From the NCBI GenBank assembly GCA_030704615.1, contig CM060733.1:51274001-51338000 (forward strand): 64,000 bases of DNA. The letters are read 5' to 3'. The notes under the pieces were generated by a model. It made no database searches. It saw only the letters and a program-made list of their open reading frames with translations, and had not been told where the DNA came from. Origin of the DNA: Takakia lepidozioides. Its lineage: Eukaryota; Plantae; Bryophyta. Positions within the stretch are counted from its first letter, which is position 1, and each line of letters begins with the position of its first letter. A program made the position numbers and the translations under genes. This document shows positions 24,101-36,655 of this stretch, in pieces.

Positions 24101-24505
24101 CTCCGTTTTCACGACGATATTCCTTTTCTCTTGAGCAACAGAACCAGCTGTTCCCGGGGAGACATACGAACCAGTGGACTGCCGCCAAGGAGCTCTGACG
24201 ACCATGTATCTTCCTGGAGGCACTCTCCACTGACTCACAAGAGAATTTTCATCCGGCTTCTGAAATGAGTACTTGATCAACTTCCCATGGACATCGTAAA
24301 CCTCTCTTTCGAGGAAAACAGTGCCAATCTGGTACTCGAAACGCGTTGCCAAGAGATGTTCTTGCGCAATTGTGTTACCATTGGAATCGGCATCCTTCGA
24401 GAAAGGGACAGGCTTCTCCACAGAGTAAAACTCCGCTTCACACAAACCCATGGTGAAAGACAAATAATTCCGAGCTAGACGGAGTTCGAAAGTGGAGAGG
24501 CCCAC
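21176..24505 (-). mobile_element. Inactivated Mutator-like (MULE) transposase gene: GCM-like Zn domain, DDE core, Cys-rich domain, SWIM finger
   Basis: CNGHLMCENLNC..CKFC..CAARKYY..HFGFHNH (GCM/WRKY-like); IFD/LADNAQANFNAVRIVF..RTYLFHW (MULE-type D..[C]xxH); intron about 22535-22643; NLAETVHNAW (catalytic E region); NCTCPDF..PCKHLYF (SWIM). Frameshifts near 22995 and 21490, in-frame stops near 22750 and 22667. Confidence 0.8.
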
Positions 24506-27500
24506 GACTTCTGTGGATTTTGTTCATCAATACCTGACAGACAGTTAAAGAGTCCTTGAAGAACAGATGTGTAAACAGTTGTTAAAACATGTGTCAAGCG
24601 GTTATGTGTCCAATGCAAAAGATGGCTAAGCCGGAAAATCTGGGATACAATGGTTGGAGAAATGTTTTCAGGCACGTGGGCCCAGACATTGCATTCATAG
24701 CACGGCTGCCAGAACGAGTGCAGAACCAATGAGAAATTCTGAACCGCCGCAATGCGCAAAATCAACTTGCACATGTATGGACATTGAATCCAGGGTATGG
24801 CCATACAGACACAAGAGGTGATGACGGCCAGTGCCAAATGCACAAATGGTCCTGTGCTACGTGGACACGTGTGAGGTGAACCCATGCATAACCATATACG
24901 GCTAGTCGCGTATGGCTCTTCTTTGTGAACAGTGGAATCTAACTTTATCTATAATCCATTTATTTTTCATAAACTGTTGCTCAATAACATAGATGTTACC
25001 TGAGAGAGGTGCATGGAAGTGGTTTTCAGCAAAACAGAGGACGTAACACCTTGGGAGGCACGGATGCGTAATCTTCTCTTTAGAATAAAGACATGCCAAT
25101 AAATATGAGTGGTAATAGTTAATAAAATGTCCTCGTGTTTAAATTGATTAAAAGGGCCTCTGTCCCCTTTCTTTAAAAAGAAAAGAAAAAAAGAAGTAAA
25201 AAATCTTTATACTGGATTTGTGTGTCTTGATATTTTGAACAAGTAAAATATAGATATATTAATCTCTTATCAATATTAAATACACTCCAACAAACTCTAT
25301 AATAGATACTAGATATACGTACATCTATTTAGTCTATATGTTTTAATATTTTAAATTTATTTGATTTACGAATCATTATAAAACCCATTCTTGAGGGAGA
25401 AGAGTAGCCATAATATGAAGTGGCTTTTAATTGTGTTGGCTCTAGCCATATATATATATATATATATATATAATGAAAACAGTACATTAAATTGAAAGAA
25501 TATGCTTTCAATTTAAAATTGATAATATTTTTAATTTTAAAAATTTATTTGAAACATAGTTCTTAAAGATCTGCTGTATTTTTTATTTAGAATTTAGAAT
25601 ATAAAGATATATTAAATTATATAAGAAGCAATTACAGCGTGAGTGGGATGTGTATGATAGAAATAGGGTTCTTGTGAGACAAGGATCGCGTAGAGGGGCA
25701 TTGTAAGTGGAAAAACTTTTGCCGAGCACATTCATCCTACAAAGCTACTGCTTTTTGTTTGAAAGATAAACAACTTCTAATGGCTGTAACCAGGGCAACA
25801 TGGAAGGATAAGTAACCAGTTGATCAAGAGTACCATTTTTTTCTCAACAAGCTCAAGAAGTCGACGCTGCCTAAATCCAACGAAAGTACTGTCAGATCAC
25901 AACTCATGCATTGAGTTTTTATAGTATTCATTTTTTTCCGCATAAAATAGATTTCCAATCAAAATGAAATAAACATTGAACATTTTGTGAAATTTGAGCA
26001 TTGTTCTTATAAGTCGTCACTGCTAATAATGCGGAGCAAAGCGCAACCCTAGTACTTTAGAGTATGGCTGGATGTCACCAAGCAACGATGACTACCTTAT
26101 TGGTAAGGCAATGACATGCCAAGCTGCGAGTTGCTAGGTTCGGTTCTTGATGGGTGGCTAGTGTAACCCCAACTAATGTAACCCATGTCTCTGTATGTGT
26201 AACCTTGGGTAATGTTACCCTCTCTCTGGTGAAACTCATCTTAGCGCATTTTCACTTAGCCAAACTTGGACTTACTCAAATTTCGAGACCAAGTGTAAGT
26301 TACACCAAATAGTGAGGATCCCTTCCCCCGGTGTAATTTCAAATGGAGGTACACTCCATTCACGTGTAATCTTGAGTGGAGTTCTTCATGTGTAACCTGT
26401 GTCACCCTCACCAGAGTTACATTCCCTTCAGTTCCATGCCCCTCTTGAGAGGGGGTGGGGAAGATTTGACATGCCAAAAAAGGCCGTGCCGTCCTATTGC
26501 ATGTGTGCATTATAAGTTCTTACATTAATTCCTAGTGTTCAACAACCAAGTTGTGGCCTAGTAGTGCTACTGGGCGATCAGTCCACCAAATGGTGTCACA
26601 AAGGTGTCCACCTTCCTATAGGAAGGCAGTAGCCCTCCTATGCCTAATAGTCTCCCCAAGTTGTGTTGAATATAATATTGCCATGACTAACTTGTAACTT
26701 ATTGATCACTTCTGATCAAGTGCAACACCTCTACTGATCATGAAATGTATATCATCATAGCAAATACATCCTCTTCAGCAGCCTGCATGTTCTCCAATCA
26801 GATCTCTAGGCTCCCCTTAATTAGGCTCATCGGTTTCATATTTAGTCGGAATATTTTTCCCTATTGATGCTAGCCGCGCCGTCTTCCCCCTCCCGAAGGT
26901 TGATTTTTGTAGCCTTTGGCCTTTGGGCTTGGGCTTTGCTTCCTGGGATTTGTCCTCACTCCTTCAGTGTGTCTTCCCCATCTCTTGAGTTCTTCCAAAT
27001 AAAGTTTCTAGGGGCACTGTACTCCCTTTCTTGTGACTAAAGAAAGAAAGAAAAGAAAAGAAAATAAAAAACCGGACAGCGGAATCGTCCACATATAAGT
27101 TCAAGAAATGCAGTGAACCAAAACTGGAACCTTCTCAAGAAAAAAATAACCAAGACCGGATCCAGAACCCTCAAGTTGTAGAACCGGATTGAACAGGTTC
27201 CTTCAGAAATGCAAGAACCCAATATTGGATTTTAATTTTTACATAGGTAATACAAGAAGAAGACTCCGGCCAAAGCCGACGTAACTATGTACCCCAATTC
27301 ATTTGGCCAGTTTGCGAAGGTCACGCAACCCGACACTGTGGGAAGAGCCAATCGGTGGGGCCGCGGGCCGTAACTAAGAGCCACTTCACCTTGCAGTTAT
27401 TGCCCTCTTTCAAGGGTGGGCACATGGGTGATAATGTAAGAATGTGGCCTCCTAACTTAGCCATGCTCAAATAACAAGCAAGTAGACAAGTAAGTAGGAA

Positions 27501-28122
27501 GGAAGCCATGGCTCTGAGGAAGAGGGTTTGTTGATGAGTGAGAAGGTTTGTGGGCCCGTCCTTTGATGGCTTTTGGGAGCTTTCTTTTGCCATGCCTTTC
27601 TAACAGAGGCCTGCTTCCGTCCAGTTTGGGGAAAAAACAATGAAAAAAATTGTGGCAGACGATGATTGGAACGTTGTTTGAGGGTGAGATTTGCAATGAC
27701 GCAGAGAGGCGAGTGACAGGTGCAAGAACAGTGCCCGTTCAGTGCTACCCGCTTGGCCAGAATTCAACCCTAGCAGTGAGAGATCGGCACAGAATCTGAG
27801 AAGAAACTCCGGAGTGATTGATTTGTCGCTTGCACTGCAGGGGAGGGCAATTGCTAGGTATCCGGAGTGCACTCTAATTCTAATTTTGATATGCATTGGT
27901 GGACAAGGTTGTCAGTTCAGGTCTGAGAGATAGTGTCGTAGTTTGATGTGATTCGATATGCGCCCATCTTCCAGACTTTTCTTCATCGGAGTGGTTCACA
28001 GCATTGGTGGTTGCATTGAGAAACACTGTAGATTTGTGGTTGGAAGTTGTGTTTTCTTCATCGCATGAAGTGTTGATACAAGTGCGCAAACGTCCGCAAG
28101 CTGCAGATGCAGATGTGAAGAA

Positions 28123-31100
28123 ATGGAAGCGACTGCTGCAGGCCCTGTGCCTGCTAAGGCTTCCAGTGACAGCAATTTTGGAAGTCACGAGGTTGGTCCT
28201 GCCGGGGCCGGAGGAGATGGCCCACCAAATCATCACAACAATGGAGGTCGCATGGTGCGCAGTCTGGTGATTAAGGCGGTGTGCCTCATTGGAGGTGCTT
28301 TTCTTCTTCGCAGGCTGACCAAGACCACCACACGCTGGGATCATGCACGCATGGTTGCTCAGTCTCTTAGTGGGGAGAAGGTCCGCAAACTGAAGTCCCT
28401 GCGTTCTATGGCTGTTTTGTTGATGATTGATTTCCCAGTATTTGTGCATTGGCCCCTTTGGCATCCCCAAGCAAGGCGCACACCGTTCTTGCTTGGTGGT
28501 CGCGCTTCCATTTGTTTATTTACGTGAGGATTGGGGGATGTGTCTCCAATCATGTAGTCGCACGCAAGGACATTTCCTTGATGTTGATTGCAGAGCGGGA
28601 GTTAGATGAAGTTCTACTGATGCGGCCCTGGCTTCTGCCTTCATTTAAGCTGGAATGTGTTTTTGCATCAGTGAGGAAGGGCTTGCTATGTGGAGGTCCA
28701 AGTGCTAATTGTCCCCTTTTCTAGACAGATCTATGATGTCAGATTTGTTCTTCACTGTTTTAATGGTTTTCTTTATCTTTCTGCCAGTTCTCCACGGAGC
28801 AAGCATCTCGAGACCCAATGACATACTTCAATCTGAGGTGATATATAGGATTTCCAGCTGACTAGCAACAACTCTTCTGTCTTCCTTAAAGCTGAGCTCC
28901 AGAAGCTCAAACGTGATTTAATGGTTGGTTTGCTTATAACTAGCACATTTTGACAAGTTTACTGGAATTAAGGTGGATGTGCACGTGTTGGACGAATTAC
29001 TTGTAGAGGTAGTAAAACTGATTGGTCAATTGGTTGGTATGAGCAGGCTGCTGACTTGTCCGGCGACCGTACTGGCAGACGGAGCTAGAGTCCTGTATTT
29101 TGAGCAGGTCTGAGGAACACACCTTAGCATTAGATGTTTCACATGCCCTGGCTTCTGACTGAATTTTCATATTCACCAGTCTGTTTTGTACCCTCTATCA
29201 CCTTCCGTGCACCTGGGAATTGGGGTAGGAGCTGCCTATGTCTCGAATTTGACTGACATCCAGGCAATGTAAAATGCAGCAATAATGCAATACGGTAAGC
29301 AGAAAGAAAACGGAGCTAGAGTCCTGTATTTTGAGCAGGTCTGAGAAACACACCTTAGCATTAGATGTTTCACATGCCCTGGCTTCTGACTGAATTATCA
29401 TATTCACCAGTCTGTTTTGTACCCTCTATCATCTTCCGTGCACCTGGGAATTGGGGTAGGAGCTGCCTATGTCTCGAATTTGACTGCCATCCAGTCAATG
29501 TAAAATGCAGCAATAATGCAATACGGTTAGCAGAAAGAAAATTTGTGCTTTACCCAAGGTCTGGTCGTGAATAGATTGTCAATTCTACAGCCTTCTTCTC
29601 AAGTAAGACTAAAGTTTTGGGGGGGGGGGAACAGGCTTTTTGGCGGACTCCTGAGAGGCCATACCGCCAGGTACTGCCTCAGCATGCACGATCTGTTCTC
29701 CTGGTTATTTGTGTGTGATGTGCATTGTTAAATTCTGACACTAGTTTACAATTGCCCCTCACATGAGCTCCTTACATTTGAGCATCCATTGTCTGTCATT
29801 CTGAGGGTTAAAGAGGAATTTATTTCCTGCTACATCGTTGGCCTTTCAGCACAGAAGTCAGCTCTCTAAAGCAATTTATAACACTTTCCGATCTCACATT
29901 AAACCTAAAGATGGTAGGTGCAACTTGTGCCTGTGTTATAAGGGTTGTGATTATCTAGGATAGACCTATCTGAGATCAAAGATGAACCATTACTTGGTCA
30001 TAGATGTTAGATTCTGACAAATGAGAACCTAGTCATGAGAGAGTTACCACAGGGTAAGGTTACAATTTGTGACTCTAGCCGTTTACCTTGCGGTTGTGCA
30101 GAGATTTTACATGGTGAAACCTTGCCCAAAGGAGATGAAATGTGATGTGGAGGTAAAATACTGCAATCCTGGAACTCAATTGCAGTGTGTTCGTTAGTTT
30201 GCATTTATCATTTGATGGGTGGAAGTACATTCTGCTGCAGTTTGGTTTACTAGGTCCAGAACTGATTTGAGCACTTGCATGTTTCAAAATTGGATATGCA
30301 GTCGGTGGGATGAGGCGAGAGGCCAAAATCCTTTTTGACGTCTATTATGTGCTTAATGGAGAGTAACTGGCAGTAGGGGCCTGCAATATTTTGCTGAAGG
30401 ATCTGACATCATGACTGTCATTTCCACTGCCAGGTGGGATCATATGCTGTGAGGGACATTGAGGAGTATAGAAATTTTTGTGACCGGCCCAAGAACCAGC
30501 GGCCACAACCTGAGGAGATAGTGGGGGTAAGGCAGTATTGTCTCATGTTATTCCCTCTGTGGCCAGGCATTGCTGGAGATGCACATCTGATGCAATGTTT
30601 GCACCAAAAGAGAGTCCTCAATTTGTTTGTATGCACAGGTGGGAACTATTGGGAGAGATCAGATCAGTTTGGTGCATTCCAGTTTTCCTGCATTTTTCCA
30701 CACCTTAGTGTTGGGCTCACACACAGTGGGGGTGGAAATGCAGGACATGGCAGAGCATCTCACAAGTGTATATCTATCTCACTGTGAACGTGGTAGGCGT
30801 TGTCTGTACGAGGGTTCGACACCACCTGGAGGCTTTCCAAACTCATGGGTATGTGCCTTGATACCTTAATGGGTGTTAGAAAGCCCAAGCAAGCGTAGAT
30901 TATGGTGTCACTTCGCCCTTACTGGTTTTAGTGTTATGATGATGTACCAGTGATTGAATCAAACACTTCTCGTTTTATCGGACTCGCAAGCCTGGGTCTG
31001 TTGTACTACTAGACAACGCATTACACTGTTAGCAGGGTGTGGAGGTTTTGAATTCTTTTACTTGCAGATACAGCAGGTAGTTAGACTTTTGTTGTGCTGA

Positions 31101-31578
31101 ACTGCGACTATGAATGCTATGTTGGATTGTCTGCAGAATGGTGCCAGTAGGTGCACGTCAGAGCTTACAATATATCGGAATGGAGAGATCCACTGTTGGG
31201 ATCGTGCGTACGATGATGAGGGTAATCAGGTACGTGTTTCATTAGTGCGTTTGACATTTCCTGGTCGTTGAAGCCTTTCTGACTACTGCTTTTGTGTACC
31301 TTGTGTGAGAGGCATGGGAATTGGAAGTTCCGCTGTCAGTATAGTTAGGCACAAAGAGAAGATGCAGAGATGTGTCCTATGCCGTTAACATGATGGCAAA
31401 ATTCATAGATATGTTGCATTATGTGCTTGGGCAGGTATGGGGAGTGAGACAAGGGCCCTATGAGTTTAGGCCTGGGACCTCATCGAGTACAAGTGGGTCA
31501 TTACTTGATTCAGATTTTTCGACTGCCTTTTCCTCGAAGAAAATTGATGAGAAGTCAGCGGCCACTTTGTCGACTTAG
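28123..31578 (+). CDS. CRL: CRUMPLED LEAF (CpcT/CpeT-like chromophore lyase family, plastid outer envelope)
   Basis: Exons give KAVCLIGGAFLLRRLTKTTTRWDHAR..SGEK|FSTEQASRDPMTYFNL|RLLTCPATVLADGARVLYFEQ|AFWRTPERPYRQ|RFYMVKPCPKEMKCDVE|VGSYAVRDIEEYRNFCDRP|..CERGRRCLYEGSTPPGGFPNSW|NGASRCTSEL..WDRAYDDEGNQ|VWGVRQGPYEF. Confidence 0.93.
29080..29541. repeat. 231-bp tandem duplication of the CRL exon 3 end, donor and intron
   Basis: cggagctagagtcctgtattttgagcaggtctga...cagaaagaaaa at 29080-29310 and 29311-29541, with few substitutions. Confidence 0.92.
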
Positions 31579-32591
31579 TTACGAGTACCAGCCAACATTT
31601 CATTGCACGCCCTGTTCTTACATGCAGGCTTGAGGATAATGGGTTGGAACATCATACCATTCCAATGGGGTGATGAACTTCTCAGTCTCCTTGTAAAAGC
31701 TGCAGGTGAAAGTCTTTGTACAGAAAGTGATTTGTGGGTTACACTATCTCAAGCTGTTTGGATGCTCAGTTGTTTCTTTCGTTGCCACCTACTTCCATGA
31801 GGCAGAAATCCAGAAATGCCTCAAGCTACATGTTTTGCATGCATACCTAGCCTTCCTTTATGTATACAGCTTAGTCCACTCATTTTTGTTGCTCGCGAAA
31901 GGTGAATCTTGACCAGTCCATTCTATCTTTGGCGACTGCACACACTCACTTTCTAGGGGGTTTGTGCTGAACATAAATTTTGTACAATCTAATTGTCAGA
32001 TGAATCAAGCCAAGTGAATGTTAAGGTTGTACTCAACTGTGTCGTTCATACTCCATGAATATGACTGTGACTGTAATTTGTGGCCTGTCGAGTTGGAGAT
32101 TAGAGGTGGGGAATTGTACACCCAAGAATCTGAAGTGTGCAGACCGAAACAAGCATAGATAGGCATTACTGGTAGAGCTAGTGTCACCACTCTTAATTTT
32201 TGAAGGTCAGAATGTCAAGCAGCTAGACTTCAAAGATTGTGAATGGTGGTCTCCATGATAAATATAGTGTGTAAGGATACTTCAACAATGTCTGAGTGCA
32301 ACTAGCTCATGGAGTTTGTACTCAGCACACCAACTACTGAGAATTCACATTGACTGATTCACTACAGCTAACCAGGAGCTTATCAGCCAGCTGAGAACCA
32401 ATTTGCCATGACTGTCTCCACTTGAAAGTGGCTGACACTGAAGCCACTCTGAAATCCTGTGGTGGGTCTTCTAAATGGCTTCAACAAATTGCACATCAAT
32501 TAAGCAATATGGAGTTATGATCATGGTCAGTGCAAGTGAAGGGTAGTGTCCAAGAATGGGTTAGTTTGAACTGATGCAGAAAGCTGATGCA

Positions 32592-34594
32592 TTATTTTTT
32601 AAGACACACAATGTCCTTGCAAGAGCAGATGGGGCGGCCCGCTGATGCCCAGCCATTGAATCCTCTTTCAAGCACCACCACCTTTGGTGACTTCTCCATA
32701 GATCCATCATTCACAGCTTTGTTCAAATGGTTACACAGCATGCGTGCACATGTGGGGCCTCGAATCTGAAAAACCAAATACGCACCCGTGAGCAACCTCC
32801 TCCCCACCTCACCCTATCTTTAAAGTGTTGCAAAGTAAACGTCTCAATTTTGTCCAAGGCCACCTTTTGAAACTTGCTAGGAATAAAGTATGTGATCTTC
32901 CTTATCCAAGCTTGCCAGTATGAAGAATGAAAAGGTGTTCTACTTCTGATAGTTAGTCATTACATTGTCTGGCAGTAGCCTTGCTGTCAGTGCTCAGGCA
33001 GGAAATGACCACCAGAATTGTGCCAGGCTCCTTGCAGCAGTGGGAAGTACCATCACAGACAATAGCTAATAGTGTCGTTCAAGATGTTCTTTACCCTAGA
33101 ACAGTTTGATGAGAAAATCTCTCGGCATTGTCCACAGCCCTTCATATGGAGAACCGGAGGTGCAGAGACCTTTCTGACCAGACAGACTTCCACGGATCGG
33201 TGAAAGTTTTAAGTTATCTAGGCAATGAAAATCTACTGCTGAAAATGATCCATCCTCCAACACTTGTGTAGGGAAGCATATTTCTCAAACCTGGCTTTTG
33301 GCACAATGGAAAACAACAGTGTCTTGACCCTTGATATTTTGGAGTAAATCGGGAAGCTTTTCTTCAAAGCTGTCACTTGCATAGTGTAGCGAGCCCGCTA
33401 GGTGGCCGTCGAAACTCCTCTCCTCATCCCTGCCCATAAGCCAATTTTTAATCACCTTCCATCGATAATGAAGAAGAAAGTCCCACCAAGGGTAAAGTGC
33501 GTGCAAATAAGATCAACCCGAGAATAATTGGGCCCAGGCTTTGACATTCTCTTGCTTACATTCTTCTGTAATCCTTGCCAGAACCATGCTTTCGAAATTA
33601 TCCAGTCTGTTGGATGAACTTGATGAGACTGCCAGATCTAGATGGCAGAAAGACATGAGTGTAACATGCCTAAAAAAGAGGGGCGTGGCACCATCTACCT
33701 CTGATGAAGATCCATGCTGAATCTCTGCAATGCTGCTCTGTTCAGAATAGATGAAGTAGTGGACCTATGGGTCTTGGAATAGTCCTGGCTATGTTGTCAC
33801 CCCTTGGTGCCTAGAGGCCACTTACTCATGCAAATTGAGTGACTGCACAGCATCTTGACCTAGAAACAGAAAAGACTGGAGTGCCCTCCTGACCGAGTAC
33901 ATAAATAATAAATTTGGACAGCAGTTGCTACTTTTCTGACTGAATGCCCGATGGGTTATCGGTGACTGTTCCGTGCTAGGGCACCCTCCAGCTTCTCCTT
34001 GCAGGAATTAAGGGACAAAAGGAAAAAAACATAGCCATCCCCAGTAGTGTGCCATCCCCCTCAGAATAAACCAATCCATCAGACGGTGGGCCTGAGAATG
34101 GCAGGAAGTAAACTCTGCCATGTAGAGGCTGTGAATCATGCCATCATGTCATAGAATCGTCGGACTATTTCAGAAAACCTTCAGCTCACTTGATCCTTCA
34201 CTGTTATCTCTTCTTTCTAATGCTTCAGAGTCGATGAGTGTCGAATCAAAAGTCGATGAAAGTGGCTGAAAGCACCGTGTACGCATAGGAACTGAATTTG
34301 GATGTTAAGAGCAGCTATCCTGCTGTTCATCAGAGAAACTAACGTGGTGGGATGCTTCAAATATACCGCAGCACTGAGGGCACAGTCCTGAGAGCTTCAT
34401 GTCCTTCAATCGGCGCCTCAAACCAGAAAACGCTATCATTCGAAGAGAGGAACAAAGCATGCCCAGAAAAAACCGGTGAAATTTTGATTCAGAATTTATA
34501 GAACACACCTGACATCGACGATGACCGCTTTGGCGCCTTGCAAGTCCACCAAATCCTCGGCAGAGATGAAGGAGACCGACCTCCCGCCCGCCAT
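32592..34594 (-). CDS. CDC25-like dual-specificity phosphatase / arsenate reductase ACR2 (single rhodanese domain), 3 exons
   Basis: [18 protein letters not shown]|[30 protein letters not shown]|[29 protein letters not shown](X)5R active site is split by intron 2. Confidence 0.92.
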
Positions 34595-36102
34595 CGCCCG
34601 TCCGCTCGCACCTCCCTCCTCCTCCGATCTCCCCTCCCTCTTGCTTGTGGCCACGGATGGATGAACTATTTGGATGCGTTTCTTAAATAATATCGATAAA
34701 TAGATAGAAATAAAATACAACAAAAGAAAAAATGAATGGATAGACTGTCCAACGGATGACTTTCGTCGAATTAAACTCACACGACAAAACATACATGCCT
34801 GCATGATTTGGCTACACGTGGATATCCGACCCGAAATATCAGGCCCACCCGCGATTGGACCCGCGTTCAATGCCGATATTTGACCGTACATTACTCAGAG
34901 TCGGCAGATGCTGGGGTCAAATCCTCAGCTGTTGAATTCCTTCATACTTTTGTGGCCCAGCATCCAGATATGTATCTAGTATCTACTATGAGGGAAAAAG
35001 GCAGACGGCAACTTTAATACGCCATTAAGGCCAAGCTCGTACCTCATTTTCCCGTATTTCGATTGCACAGTATTCATTAAAGGTCGGTGTCAGCCCCAAA
35101 CTGGTCCCTTTCCACATTCATCCGAACCTCATTCATCCACACTTAGGACTAATGGAGCCCAACCAAAATAAAGATTAAAACAGTTCCAAGAAAATAATAC
35201 AAAATACGACAAATTAGTAGATAATGATCCCATTTGGATAGTGGGATAATAACAAGGTACTAGTAAGTCACTATCTAAGTTAGTATCTACCGTCTGCTCT
35301 CCAGTCAAACTCACTACGGGGAATCTCGAGGGTCGCGAACGAATGACAGAAGTCAACGCACAGGTACATCCATCCAGATTCCATCCACTCCAGTCAAACT
35401 CACCTCTTACCTTGCTGTATAGTGACTGGTAAGGTAAAGGGGGACGGTTGTCAACATCGCAATCTACTAGTAAAACTAATCGCGAGTCGTAAGTACTATT
35501 GCGGCGGGTAGACCCCACAGAATTGATTCCACGCGTCCTTGAGCCGTCTCTGTGTATTTATATGAGTAAATAAATATAACATGTACCATACATTGAATGT
35601 ATTCACTTATGTATTATGGTTCACCCGTATTTGTGTGAATTGGATATTAGTTTTATTTCTGATTAAATATTGGAAGTTAATCGGCATCTAGACACGTGCT
35701 GCTGTGCTATGGTTGGATGGATGAATGGATGGATGAAGGGATGTAACGCCAGCGAGGAGGAGAGCAGGAGGAGCGAGGAGGAGGGTGACTCGGCCATGGC
35801 TGCCCTGCGATGGCTGCACAATGCGAGCTAGGGCACAGATTGCAGAGCAGCAGGAGACGATGGCGATGGAGGAGATTGTTGTGGTGAGATTTGCAGTGCG
35901 GGGAAGCTTTTTGTGATGCGCGGTGGCTTGCAATGGAGGTTGTGTGAGCGAGGATGCGTGAAAGGAAAGCGGAGCAGAGCATTTTGGCTGAAGACGCGGG
36001 ATTAGTGGCCGCATTTCGGCATACACGTGTGACAGGCAGGGAGAAGATAGTCTGACCCCGGATGCAGCACTTTTGTGTGATTTTTAGCCCAGGGAAGATA
36101 TT

Positions 36103-36470
36103 GAGGGAGAGAGAGCAAATGGCTTAGGTCACGAGAGGTGAGTTTTGCTCTCGGCCTGGAAAATCGTCTTCGAGTTGGTAGCTGCAGGCATCGGGTCAGA
36201 GGCGCTGCATTCGGGGCTGGTAGTACTTAGTGGCTTGCTGCTTTCTGCTGGGATTAATTGCCACTGCCGGGCTTTGAGGCCTTGAGGATATAGAGGGAGA
36301 GGGAGAGAGAGAGAGAGAGAGCAAATGGCTTAGGTCACCAGAGGTGAGTTTGCTCTCGGCCTGGGAAGGCATCGGGTTAGAGGCACTGCATTCGGGGCTG
36401 GTAGGACTTAGTGGCTTGCTCCTGTCTGCTAGGATTAATTGCCACTTGCTGCCGAGCTTTGAGGGCTTGG
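36103..36470. repeat. Imperfect approximately 190-bp tandem duplication upstream of the PSI-family gene
   Basis: gagagagcaaatggcttaggtcac..gaggtgagttt..gctctcggcctgg..ggattaattgccact..gctttgagg occurs twice, each copy starting in a (GA)n run. Confidence 0.85.
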
Positions 36471-36655
36471 ATTGATTGTGGAAGCGGTGGCGGAATCAGT
36501 TGGAGTGGTTTGAGATGGAAGAGGGGACAAAGAGGGCGGGAGGTAAGGCGGCTGTGGAGGAAGTGTGAGGATGGGGAGGAGGTGACGTGTTGGGAGCGGC
36601 GAAGAAATGAGGGAGGTTAGTGGGTGAGTGTACTTGTGTAACGCTGCGGAAGGCT

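Noticed and set aside
17411-25170. 13-bp inverted match (aaaggggacagag / ctctgtccccttt) as TIRs of one large element
   Set aside because: Match does not extend and there is no TSD. True TIRs for the MULE could not be located by eye.
26150-27230. TGTAAC and AACCGG short-motif clusters as a defined transposon
   Set aside because: Probably old TE debris, but no termini, TSD or coding motif could be supported.
33610-33760. C/D-box snoRNA (TGATGA...CTGA) in the CDC25-like intron
   Set aside because: Boxes are antisense to the host gene and too closely spaced, with no terminal stem or recognisable rRNA guide.
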